Positions 25,101 to 38,200 of a DNA stretch of 64,000 nt are shown here, piece by piece. How positions within the stretch are numbered: position 1 is the stretch's first letter; every line of letters starts with the position of its first letter. The stretch is from Schmidtea polychroa (lineage: Eukaryota). The notes beneath the pieces are model-generated. The model was not told the origin of the DNA, ran no database searches, and saw nothing but the letters and a program-made list of their open reading frames with translations. Both the position numbers and the translations under genes were made by a program. Where the stretch lies: NCBI GenBank assembly GCA_044892525.1, contig CM097885.1, positions 241,862,001 through 241,926,000 of the forward strand, in the 5' to 3' direction.

Positions 25101-28100
25101 CGGCAATACCATCGTATATTTTGGCTCATCTTGTTTGTTAATATCAATATTCATATTCACTACATCATTCGACATATCAGTCAATTTACATTCATTCATA
25201 CTACGATCCTAAGCATTATTCATACATTTATCAACAGTGAATGAATAAAAACACAGTGTTTAGTATAAATCCTTTATCGAATCATTTTCATATTTATGAA
25301 CACCTTGTATAATTGAATATTCGATCATTCTATTGGTTTCTTATCTGTTTAGCCATTGTTTCAACTCCAAGTGGAATAAAGGAGTCAGCATTGGTTCATG
25401 ATAACAATAACGGCAGTGTTACCATTCGTTATGAACCCCGTGAGCGTGGTATGCATGAAATGAATGTCACTTGCGATGGAATACAAATACAAGGCAGTCC
25501 ATACAAATTCTTTGCTGAAAATGCCGGACTAGGAAAAGTAGCTGCTTACGGTCCGGGACTGAGTCACGGTAAAACCGGCTTGCCAGCTGAATTTACAATT
25601 GTCACAAAAGATGCCGGAGCAGGTATTGAAGATTCCATTTGCGGGATTTTAATTCGATATTTTTCTCTCGTCCTTTTCAGGAGGTCTTTCTTTAGCAATA
25701 GAAGGACCATCGAAAGCGGAAATCGTTTGCAAAGATAATGAAAATGGTAGCTGTGATGTCACCTATTACCCATTGATCCCCGGAGATTATAGTATCATCA
25801 TTAAATTTGCTGATCACAACATTCCCGGATCACCATTCATCGCAAATATAATTGGTTAGTTTATTGATTCGATTATAATTTGATTAGATTTCGCAATAAA
25901 ATTTATCCAATCGCGTTCCTTTGAAATTATATTGAAATAAGAGTTAAATTTGACCTTTATTACACCTTTACTACAACAATAAAAATATTTTATATGTATT
26001 TTTGATTCATGAGTTCAAGGTTTATGATTAAATAATTGATTTTATATTCTATCAGTATAAATTTGTATACACATATATCAATATTGTAATTTGTTATCAA
26101 ATCATTTATAATTATTGAGTTTATATTTATTATCGCATCAAATCATTTGGAATTTAATGAGTCCGAAAAATAACAGAAAAATGCGTAAGTTTTATCTTTA
26201 ATAATTCAACAAAAATTTTATATAGTTATTGTTTTTTAATAAATGGTTAAAATAAAAAAATCAATTTCTCAACTTTTTTTAGAGTGAAATATTCGTTTAT
26301 TATTAGTTTCATTATTTTTTCCTTCCATTGAAAATGATTCAAGAAATTATTATTCTATAAAAATTGTTTGCAAATTTGATGAAAATCATTTAAAAAATGA
26401 TTTTTGGTTTATTTTAATTTTTGTTTTAAATTTAAATATTATTTTTATATTATTTAATTTTTCTTGCTTTTTGACGTAATGAATAATAAAATTATGTGCA
26501 GATTTTTATATTTTATTTTCATATCTTTAACTTCCTAACCGACGGTAGTAGATATATAACGGTATTTTTTTCATTGGTAGTTTCAGTTGATTTTTCGTGC
26601 TTCTAGTCGGTTTCAAAAGATAAACTTTCACTTTTAAACACACGATTTTTGTATTATCGGAAGCCAAGAATAATCATTCCAATTATTTAATTAATAAATG
26701 TATACTGATCAATTACCGGCGTATGATCCCATTTGGGCATGTTTATTATATTATTACACGTCTCGCTTATAATGTTAAATTTATAGATTCAGTTACAATT
26801 CTTCAGACTATCTTTGATCTAAGTACATTCTTTATGAATAAAATTAGAATGTTAAACTTATTCTCCATTGTCAGATATTATCGCATTTTTCGCAAACTTT
26901 CATAATAAAAGTCTAATTTAATTTATTCATATTTAAAATCTTTTTTAATTAGTTTTTTTCAAACAAATGTGATTCTGAAACTAAAGTATTGTCCAAATTC
27001 ATAAAAACGTTTAGTTTTGACCAAAATACTACGGAAAACATCGTAATTTTATAGATATTCTTTATGTGATATTTTGAATTAATTATAAAATTATTGAATT
27101 TTTAGTTTAAATTTTAAAATAAGAAGATAAAGATGTTCAATAATCCTGTCCATTACACCAGGTTTCGAAAAAATTAATTAGGACTTCAAAAAGTAAATAA
27201 TTATATTAGCCCTTTAGTGCAGAACTGTACTTAAAAGTCTTGCCGTTATTTTCTTCCATAATTTAGTCATTTGATCGTAATTCGACCGCTACTGTCTGTC
27301 GGCATTTGCTAAGAACACATATCGTTTGGATTAGCGCGCAGTGGTTAACTGTTATACACATCTGTCGTGACTATTAGTTCGGCAATTGTAGTGTGTTCGT
27401 GATTAAAATTTAATTCTTTTAGTTAATCCTTAAACCACTGAAATAGAATTACGAGGAACCGAAGTTCTCAACGAAACTGACCGTTGCAAGCAAACTATGT
27501 GTTTGATCGTGTTGAAAACTACAAGTTATGGTCGGGAGTTTTACAGACAAAAAACGGTCTTACTGGTTGGAACGCGAAAATATTTTGATTTGAATCAAAT
27601 GGGGTTTTTATGATGACCGTCTGTAGACGGTTTTAGTGGTTAAAGGTTTAAATACAGATTTGGGCACTAAAGGGTTAAATGTGATTATCACAAACTTTCA
27701 AATGAATATTGTGCTAAATGTGCTTAGAATTGATTCTTAAATAATTGAAAATTTTATAATGGTTTTCGTAGGAATACTTTAAAAATCACGAACTATTGGG
27801 TTCACCAATAAAAGTACATAAAATTGTGAAAAATTAATGGTTTATTTATTATTTTCCTTTTTTATTATCTTCCGTTGTGCAAATTCAATACCTACATTAT
27901 AATTCTAAATATCTCTTTTTCAAAGCTTTAAAATTTAATGGTCCTTGCTAATTTAGCAGAAATTCCGGATTTCGAAAAGAAGGGGCCCAAAGGTTGTAGG
28001 AATGACATTGGTAATTATTTTATCAGTAAGCGCATATTGGTATAAAGTTGCCTGTGAGAACTTATAAGTTAATTAATAAATTATGTTATTAATAAAGATA

Positions 28101-31100
28101 ATTCGACAAGTTATCTGTGTAAGATTTTTCAAAAAGATATTATTTATTTAGATAAATACGATGATAAACTTAAAACGTGTTAGTTCAATGTAAAATTTCT
28201 TTGAATGTTTTGTTTAAGTTTTATTCTCTAATTCTCACATATTTTGATATAGTAATTTTAAATAAATATATCGCTTCAGGCGAACCACAAAGACGATCTC
28301 AAATTTGTATTGGAAGCACAAGTGATGTGCCTCTGAAAATAAATAACCTTGATATCAGCACGTTGACTGCCAGTGTTCGTGCTCCGTCTGGTAAAGAGGA
28401 ATCGTGTATTTTGAAAAAAATGCCTAATGATAATCTTGGTAAGTGATTTTTATTTTCCCTCGAGAGATTTTGTCTTTTTAATGAAATAATTGATAAAATT
28501 GACCACTTGCCACAGTTGTAGTATTGAAGAGTTTTGGATATATCGTTACAATTGCAAATTTCATTCAGGTATATCTTTCACTCCTAGAGAAGTTGGAAAT
28601 CATTTCATCAATGTCTACCAATCTGGAGCTCATATTATTGGAAGTCCATTCAAAATCGTTGTCGGCCAGAATGAGATTGGTGATGCATCGAAAGTTCGAG
28701 TCTATGGCGACGGTTTGAAGTGTGGAATTTCCAACGAAATGAATTCTTTCACAGTCGACACTCGAGAAGCTGGTATGTTTTACTGTTTTAATTGAATGGG
28801 AAATATCTATATGTGGTTTCCATTTGAAAAGGTTATGGCGGCCTTAGTCTATCAATCGAAGGTCCAAGTAAGGCTGAAATTGAATGTAGAGACAACTACG
28901 ATGGCACTTGTCAAGTGTCCTATACACCGAGTGAACCGGGAACATATATGATTAATATCAAATACGCAAATGAGCATGTTTTGGGTAGCCCGTTCGCTGT
29001 GAAAATTACCGGAGAACCATCGGCTAAACTGATGGAGAAAATTATTTGTAGACAGGAAGCCGCCGACATTACTCAAGTCGGCTCACAGTGTGAATTGACA
29101 TTGAAAGTTCCTGGTAATATTGTAAAATATTGAGTGAAGATCGTATTTATCGAATGTTGTCAGGTACGCACCATTCGGATATGAGAGCAACCGTTACTAA
29201 CCTTTATGGGGCAACGGAAGTCTGTGAAATTATCGATCTCGATGATGGGCATTATAGCATTAAATTTATCCCCAAAGAAATGGGTCTACACACGGTTGTT
29301 GTCCAACATAGAAATATGCACATTCCTGGTAATGGAATTCTTTGTTTATAATTCCTAACCAATGAAATGGTGATTGTAGGTAGTCCGTTCCAATTCACTG
29401 TGGGGCCGATTGTTGACGGTGGGGCCCATAAAGTAGTTGCCAGTGGAAATGGATTGAAACTAGGACACACGAGTGGTCCTAATGAATTTAGCATTTATAC
29501 TAGAGAAGCCGGAGCAGGGGGGTTATCTATAGCCATTGAAGGTCCCAGTAAAGCAGAAATCGATTTTGAAGTGCGTATTTGGAAAAAGACGTTTATATCC
29601 TTATTAATTAAATGGAACAGGATCGAAAAGATGGCTCGTGCGGTGTGAAATATTTCGTCACCGAACCAGGAGAATACATTTGCTCAATCAAATTCAACGA
29701 TGACCATATTATCAATTCCCCATTCAAAATCATGATCAATGAAAAACAAACGGATTTTATTTCTGTAGCATCTGTTGGTAACAACGCCTTGGCTAAGGAA
29801 TGGATGGTAAGTTTTTAAATATTTATAACGGGCATATTTAATCTCTACTCTTGGGATTTCCGGGTTTCCATGATCTCAATGCATTAAAAATGAGCTGAAT
29901 TTTAAATGATAGAACTTATTAAAACAAAGAATATTAATTAGTACTTTCATCATTGTCATCATTACTTTTTATCAGAACTGAGCCGTAAAAAATTGACCGA
30001 CTCCTATTCCTTGTCATATTTTCTTTGATGAATAACATTACGGTATGTGTCAATGAATGTATTAGATTCAGAATTTTGGCAATACATTATGTGGAACAGT
30101 TTTTGCTGAAAATCTTATCCGACAACGATAGCAGCAGAAATAAGAAGGCTAATAGCCGTCAATTGCCTTTAACTAATTATCTCGCAAGTAATGAAGTTAC
30201 TGTTGCTATGACCACTTAATAATGGAAATGGGAAATGGCCAATAAAGTTGGACTATAATTGGAGCATTGTATTAGGAATCTATTACTGAAAAATGCTAAC
30301 AAAAATGTACTCAAGAATTTCTAAACCGTAAAATTCATGTTTTTCAAGATAGTCACATCACTGAGTAAATTACTTGGTGATAAACATTCATTTCAAATAT
30401 TGAAAAATACCTTGACAAACAAGGGAAAATAAAACGACTCTAGCTTCATTGGAGGGTTTATTTTCCACGCAGGTCGACGTTGATAATTATAAAATTAAAA
30501 AAATTCTGTAGATTTTGAAACGACTCAACAGCCATGATTTTTCATTTATATCACATTAGGAATCACATTATTAATTTAATATAAATTTATATTCGAATTT
30601 ATTCAATTACAATATTATTTTATCAAAAAGTGACAACTTGCTTATTAATTTCCAAATAAAAGTAAAAATTGATGACATTTTTGTTAACTTTTTTTCTTTA
30701 TATTAAATTTAGCGATCATACTATTACTTGTTATTTTATCCGCCCCTTTAAAATTGTTTCCAATTTCGCTTAAAATTCATATTGATGATTATCAATAATA
30801 AAACCATTTCGTTATATTTCGTCAACCTTTTTACTTGGTATGTTTAATGTCTATCGTATTTTTTTTCTTATTTTACATCATTTCCTAATTTTCCTTTAAT
30901 CCCTTCCAAAGGCAACTTACTATTTATTAGACCGAAATTCATTATTGTCTATTGCTATTCAGTGAAAGTTTATAAAGATACCATTTCCAAAATAATTTTT
31001 ACGATGGAAATTATCTTTACGGAATTGTAAAATTTTATACGGAACCGTTGATTGTAAATGTTTTATCAATAAAAAGCAAATCAAATAAATAAATATTTCA

Positions 31101-32166
31101 AAATATTAATAGTATTGGTCAATTGGTTTTAACCTATTTGTAGCAATGATTCCAAAATGGGAACGATTAGAAATCTTTGTAAAGCTAATATAACCTTTAA
31201 ATTTTACTACCGGAAATGAGTTACCCTAACAAGAGCTTGACAGCTGTCATAGTTCTGTGATAAAACGAAAACCTAATTAGAAAAAGGTAATACATACAGA
31301 TAAAAGATTTGTCAGAAATCGATTCATTACAATAACAATAACTGAAAGTTTTAAGTTTTTCCTTTTCATATTCTCTTTCCTTTCCTCGTTTACATGTAAC
31401 TGAAATTTCACAATATCACGTGTTAATGAAACACTTGCTGAAGAAATTGTTTCGAACTTAAAATGATGAAAGTCATTATGATAAATAACAATTCAGATTG
31501 GCAAACCAGCTGCTTTCACTGTGAATTACCCTCAAACCACAGCTATTAAAAGTGATGGAAGATTGAAAGCTACCATTGTTGGTCCATCACGAACCGAAGA
31601 GCCAGCCATTATTCAGAATATTGACAAAAACCAATATGCAATTAGATTTATCCCAAAGGAAAGTGGAGAACATTTGATAAACGTCACTGACGAAATTACA
31701 AATAAACACATTCCTGGTAGCCCTTTCCGAGTCGTTATTGGACAGCAACATGCAGATCCCGGCATGGTTCACGCAAAAGGTGATGGACTTATGACTGGAT
31801 TTGTCGGTAAGTTTTCATATAATACAATGATNNNNNNNNNNNNNNNNNNNNNNNNNNNNNNNNNNNNNNNNNNNNNNNNNNNNNNNNNNNNNNNNNNNNN
31901 NNNNNNNNNNNNNNNNNNNNNNNNNNNNNNNNNNNNNNNNNNNNNNNNNNNNNNNNNNNNNNNNNNNNNTGATAATTTAAGCCTTTTGCTGCAAATAATG
32001 TATTTAATGAAAAAATTTTCGACTATAAGATAGTCCTTGATAGAGATTGACAAGGACTATCTTATAGTCGAAAATTTTTTCATTAAATACATTATTTGCA
32101 GCAAAAGGCTTAAATTATCATTTTATTGTTTTAAATAATAAATGCTGCTACCAAGAAATCATCACT

Positions 32167-32256
<90 letters not shown>

Positions 32257-35200
32257 TCAACCTAGACAGTTTAAATTTTGTATATCGAATTTAATAATAA
32301 AAAGTTATTTATTTTATCATAAAAATTACCAATATCTACAAACTGTTATTCTCATTTGTGCTTTTTATTAGATGCTATTTATTTAAATAATATCATGGTA
32401 ATACTTTCTAGAACATGATTATTTATCCGCAAAATGTTTTTGCAAAAATTCATTTAAAAACTGTTCAAAAAATTCTGAGTAATTGAGTTTAATGTTAAAG
32501 GAAAATAAATTGGAACGAAAGACTAAAACTCAAGGACCCTGATTGGCTAAAACACTAGTTATAAAATATTTTTTTACGGATGTCTAACATTAAAATAATA
32601 TAAACATTAGAAGCTTTATGATACCCAGTGCAAATCCCAATAGTAGACTAGTTTCGAGCTTTTGGTTCTCATCTATACTATGCAGAAGACGCCAAAAATT
32701 TCTCTTAAGTATAAAATATTGTTTATTCAACTCTATTGCATACTTTCCCTGGTACACTGGAAATCCCATCACTTGCAAATTAGCTAAATCACAGAAAATA
32801 TATCTGCAAACTTGGAATTATGGCGTATGAAAAATCATATTCGCCTCTGGAGACACCGTCATACACAGAAACTGTTTACAAGTGCATCCGTAAACCTTTA
32901 GTATTTTTAACTTGTAATGGTGTAAAATATTTTTTTCATTGATGTCTAACATTAAAATAATATAAACATTACAAGCTTTGTGATACCCAGTGTAAATCCC
33001 AAGGTATACGGATGCACATGTAAACAGATTCTGTTTATAGACTATTTATATATATTCTATATAGCTCTCCTAACAATTTTATATCTTAATTACCAATTTT
33101 GTCCGTTATCAATGGGTATTATGCATCCAACTCTAACCGACTAGTTATGATACCGGCATTGTAATTTTGTCAGATATTCCCAGCCTCAATTTTATATAAA
33201 TGATACATTTTGAATAACATAATATCGAAAAAATATTTTTCACTGCAATTACAATTTATTTTTTGATTAATTAAAAATCGATTTTCTGAAATTTTGGAAA
33301 TTTTTTAAAGTAATTAATTAGTGTTAAAAATCTATAATAAATAAGTAAAACACTTCAAAAGGTTTTAAAAATTGTTTTTAAAAAATTCTAAAATTAATTA
33401 ATAAACAATAATTAATATAAATAAAATATATATTTAACTAATACCAATTTTCAATTGCATTTATTTTAATTTGTTTTAGACTATAAATCAGTATTTTTTT
33501 ATTTATTTCTTTATCATAACCACATTAAGTGTACTACAATTTCAAGATTAAAAATTAATTAATTAAAAATTGATTTTCTGAAATTTTGGAAAATTTTTAA
33601 AGTAATCAATTAGTGTTAAAAAATTATTTTTAAAAAATTCTAAAATTAATTAATAAACAATAATTAATATAAATAAAATATATATTTAACTAATACCAAT
33701 TTTCAATTGCATTTATTTTAATTTGTTTTAGACTATAAATCAGTATTTTTTTATTTATTTCTTTATCATAACCACATTAAGTGTACTACAATTTCAAGAT
33801 TAAAAATTAATTAATTAAAAATTGATTTTCTGAAATTTTGGAAAATTTTTAAAGTAATCAATTAGTGTTAAAAAATTATTTTTAAAAAATTCTAAAATTA
33901 ATTAATAAACAATAATTAATATAAATAAAATATATATTTAACTAATACCAATTTTCAATTGCATTTATTTTAATTTGTTTTAGACTATAAATCAGTATTT
34001 TTTTATTTATTTCTTTATCATAACCACATTAAGTGTACTACAATTTCAAGATTAAAAATTAATTAATTAAAAATTGATTTTCTGAAATTTTGGAAAATTT
34101 TTAAAGTAATCAATTAGTGTTAAAAAATTATTTTTAAAAAATTCTAAAATTAATTAATAAACAATAATTAATATAAATAAAATATATATTTAACTAATAC
34201 CAATTTTCAATTGCATTTATTTTAATTTGTTTTAGACTATAAATCAGTATTTTTTTATTTATTTCTTTATCATAACCACATTAAGTGTACTACAATTTCA
34301 AGATTAAAAATTAATTAATTAAAAATTGATTTTCTGAAATTTTGGAAAATTTTTAAAGTAATCAATTAGTGTTAATAAATTATTTTTAAAAAATTCTAAA
34401 ATTAATTAATAAACAATAATTAATATAAATAAAATATATATTTAACTAATACCAATTTTCAATTGCATTTGTTTTTATTTGTTTTAGACTATCGGTCAAT
34501 ATTTTTTATTTACCATGGATTTTCGGTGAACTTGAAAAAAGCTACGTCGAAAATCCGTGTCAAATAAATAAAAAAAATGATCTATAGGCTGAAATAAAAA
34601 TAAATGACATTGAAAATTGGTATCAATTCAATATATTTGATTTTGATTAACTTTTGTTTAGAAAAATTAAATTATTATCCTAAATAGGTAAAAAGAATCA
34701 TTTTATTGTGAACACTCTAAACTCTGGCACTGGTCCACTTAATGTTACAATTGACGGTCCAAGTAAAGTACAACTCTATTCTCAAGAAAATGAAGAAGGC
34801 TATGAATTCATATACATTCCATCTGTACCGGGCGAATATCAAATTACCGTTAAATACGGCGGTAATTACCATATCGCTGGATCTCCATTCACCGTATGTC
34901 TTCATTTCGATACTTTTGCTGATGAATGAAAATTGATCGTTAATCTGTGATTAATTCAACTAATTTTAGGCTAATATTAGCGGATCAGTGAATGATAGTT
35001 CCGAGATCTACGTGCACCAACAATCGAATCTTAAAGTCGACACCGTCGGAAAGTCTATGGTAACTTCAATACCAGTACAATCATCAGTAGCACAAAAAGT
35101 GCAGTGTCATGGATTGGGTATTAAAAAGGCTATTTTGAACCAAACCAACACCTTCAATGTTGACGCATCTCNNNNNNNNNNNNNNNNNNNNNNNNNNNNN

Positions 35201-38200
35201 NNNNNNNNNNNNNNNNNNNNNNNNNNNNNNNNNNNNNNNNNNNNNNNNNNNNNNNNNNNNNNNNNNNNNNNNNNNNNNNNNNNNNNNNNNNNNNNNNNNN
35301 NNNNNNNNNNNNNNNNNNNNNNNNNNNNNNNNNNNNNNNNNNNNNNNNNNNNNNNNNNNNNNNNNNNNNNNNNNNNNNNNNNNNNNNNNNNNNNNNNNNN
35401 NNNNNNNNNNNNNNNNNNNNNNNNNNNNNNNNNNNNNNNNNNNNNNATCTTAATTTATTATTAAATTTTATATATTAATTCATATTTTAAAATTTGGAAG
35501 GGAGCTATGGCATATTATAGCTTCTTTGTACCCCAATTACAATATTGAATTCAGCCAATTTTCTTATGTGAATATTCCCACTCTTCACTATTATCTTGGA
35601 TTCCACATTACCTATGCAAAAAACTAAATAACGTCTGTACTACTCCAAATTTCAATCCATAAGGTATACTGAGAAAATCCTATAATATATGAAAATTAAT
35701 CCAATAAAAAAGTCACACGTATTCAAATAGATTGATCTTTTTAAATCAGTAAATTACAATGAAAATTTAATTGATTTGAGGATAGAAAATTGAAGTATGT
35801 CATTGAAAACAATCAAGCTCAGTATGCCACTGCAACATACACTTTCTATAATTACAAATGCACACATTGGAGACTTTCAATCAATGAATTCAAAGTTTTT
35901 CAAAATCGTGAAATATGTAACCATATCGGATGCTTAGACTCTGCTAAAATAATTTTTTCCTAATTATACTCGAAAATTGCAACTTTTTGAAATTTTAATA
36001 TGCAATTTTAAACAATTTTTTCGAATTTCTCTGATAAAAAATAAAAAATGAATTGTCATCGAAAATAGTGAAAACTTTAATATATGAGCTCGGCAATTAA
36101 CTGTAATAGAGCTAGATATGTAGAATTCATATATATGAAAACTCGGTCGTTACCACAAGGAAGAAAAAGGAGAATTCATCAAATATTTGCGAGTAAATCG
36201 AGAAAAATATTGAAATTTGTATATGAAAGCATATTATAGTGGAAGTGTTTAAATTCAACTTGAAAATAGCTATTTTTTAATTTCATTATATATTATGTAA
36301 AAAATATCAAAGAACATTTATATTTAATTAAAAATGTTAAAATTGACACTTGAAAATTTAAAGTCAAATTTAAAAAAATATATATATAATCATTTATTCC
36401 ATATAAAATACTAATGAAATTCAGTCACACGGCCTGATGTACCTTATTGATTGAAATCTGGTCAATACAGTTGGTTGCACACATTGTGACATCATCAACC
36501 AGTCCTAGTATTTCTGTTTGATTATTGTTAAAATAAATATGCAATGCATCAAAATGTTTATCCTTCGCAACTTGATCTGTACCTTTCCAATATTGACAAT
36601 CTTAGCCCGAGGGTACCTAGAAATGTGTTGCTAGATTAAAATTTTGAGGTCTTTACTACAGTAAAAAAATTTATAAATGAAAGACTCAAGGCCCTTGATT
36701 GGTAGGTCAGTATCCCGTTTTGTTCATAGGATAAGGTGCGACAGGTAGGAAAGATTCTTAGTTATTTCAATTATTATTGTTTTAAGGGCATATGATTAAA
36801 TATTAGTTTGAAAATATGCTTTTCATTTTAAATTTTTTTATTTATCTATTCAATTGTATTTGTAATTTGAATGTTTAATTAATTAAAATTCTTCGCCATT
36901 TCCAAAAATTCATTTTTCAAAAATGAATGACAGCTAAAAGTTATTTATATAAACATTTCAAAAATATAACCATATAAAGACTTGTTTCAAAATATATACT
37001 GATTTTGTTATTTTCATCATTTGCAAGCATATCGAAAACTTTTGGTTCGATTTGATTCCTATATTTAATATTCACATTCAGATATCGATTACAGTCAAAT
37101 TTTGAATACACACATGCAATGTTGAATACACACATTCAGTTATTGAATTAAGACATTTTAAATATTGAATACACGCATTTAGGTATTAAATACACACATT
37201 CAGATATTGAATACGCACATTCTTATATTGAATACATACATTTAAATATTGAATACACGCATTCTAATATTGAATACGTACATGCAGATATTGAATACGC
37301 ACATGCAGATATTGAATACGCACAAGCAGATATTGAATACACACATTCTGATATTAAATACGCACATTCAAATGTTAAATACACACATTCAGATATTGAA
37401 TACACATATTCTGATATTGAATACATACATTTAAATATTGAATACACACATTCTGATATTAAATACGTACATACAGATATTGAATACGACATGCAGATAT
37501 TGAATACGCACATGCAGATATTGAATACACACATTCTGATATTGAATACACATATTCTGATATTGAATTCGCACATGCAGATATTGAATACACACATTCT
37601 GATATTGAATACATACATTTAAATATTGAATACACACATTCTGATATTGAATTCGCACATGCAGATATTGAATACACACATTCTGATATTGAATACATAC
37701 ATTTAAATATTGAATACACGCATTCTGATATTGAATTCGCACATGCAGATATTGAATACACACATTCTGATATTGAATACATACATTTAAATATTGAATA
37801 CACGCATTCTGATATTGAATACGCACATGTAGATATTGAATACTCACATTCAAATGTTAAATGCACACTAACATTTAACATTCAGATATTGAAAACGTTT
37901 ATTTTATTTTGAATACGATCAGATATTGAATGTATATAATCGATTATTGAATGCACACATTCAATTAGAAGTACCAATAAAAAACGAGTATTTCATCGAT
38001 AAAATAATGCAGGATTGTAGTTATATAATTATAATTCATTCTTGAGCATTGATATAATGAACTAGTAATTTCAAGTGATTCATTTTGATTTAAAATTGTA
38101 TATTATCAGAACTTTTTGAATGGTGCTCTGATAAAATATTCAATTGATGATTCTCTTTGGTTTTATATGTTGCAAATTAAACTTTGTATTGATAATTACT

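Noticed and set aside
37223-37881. Cys-rich repetitive ORFs on the minus strand (CIQYLNV..., ISECVYS...)
   Set aside because: Artefacts of the 21-bp minisatellite having a period divisible by 3.
37100-37960. CRISPR-like array
   Set aside because: No unique spacers, eukaryotic intronic context and no cas genes. It is a simple tandem repeat.
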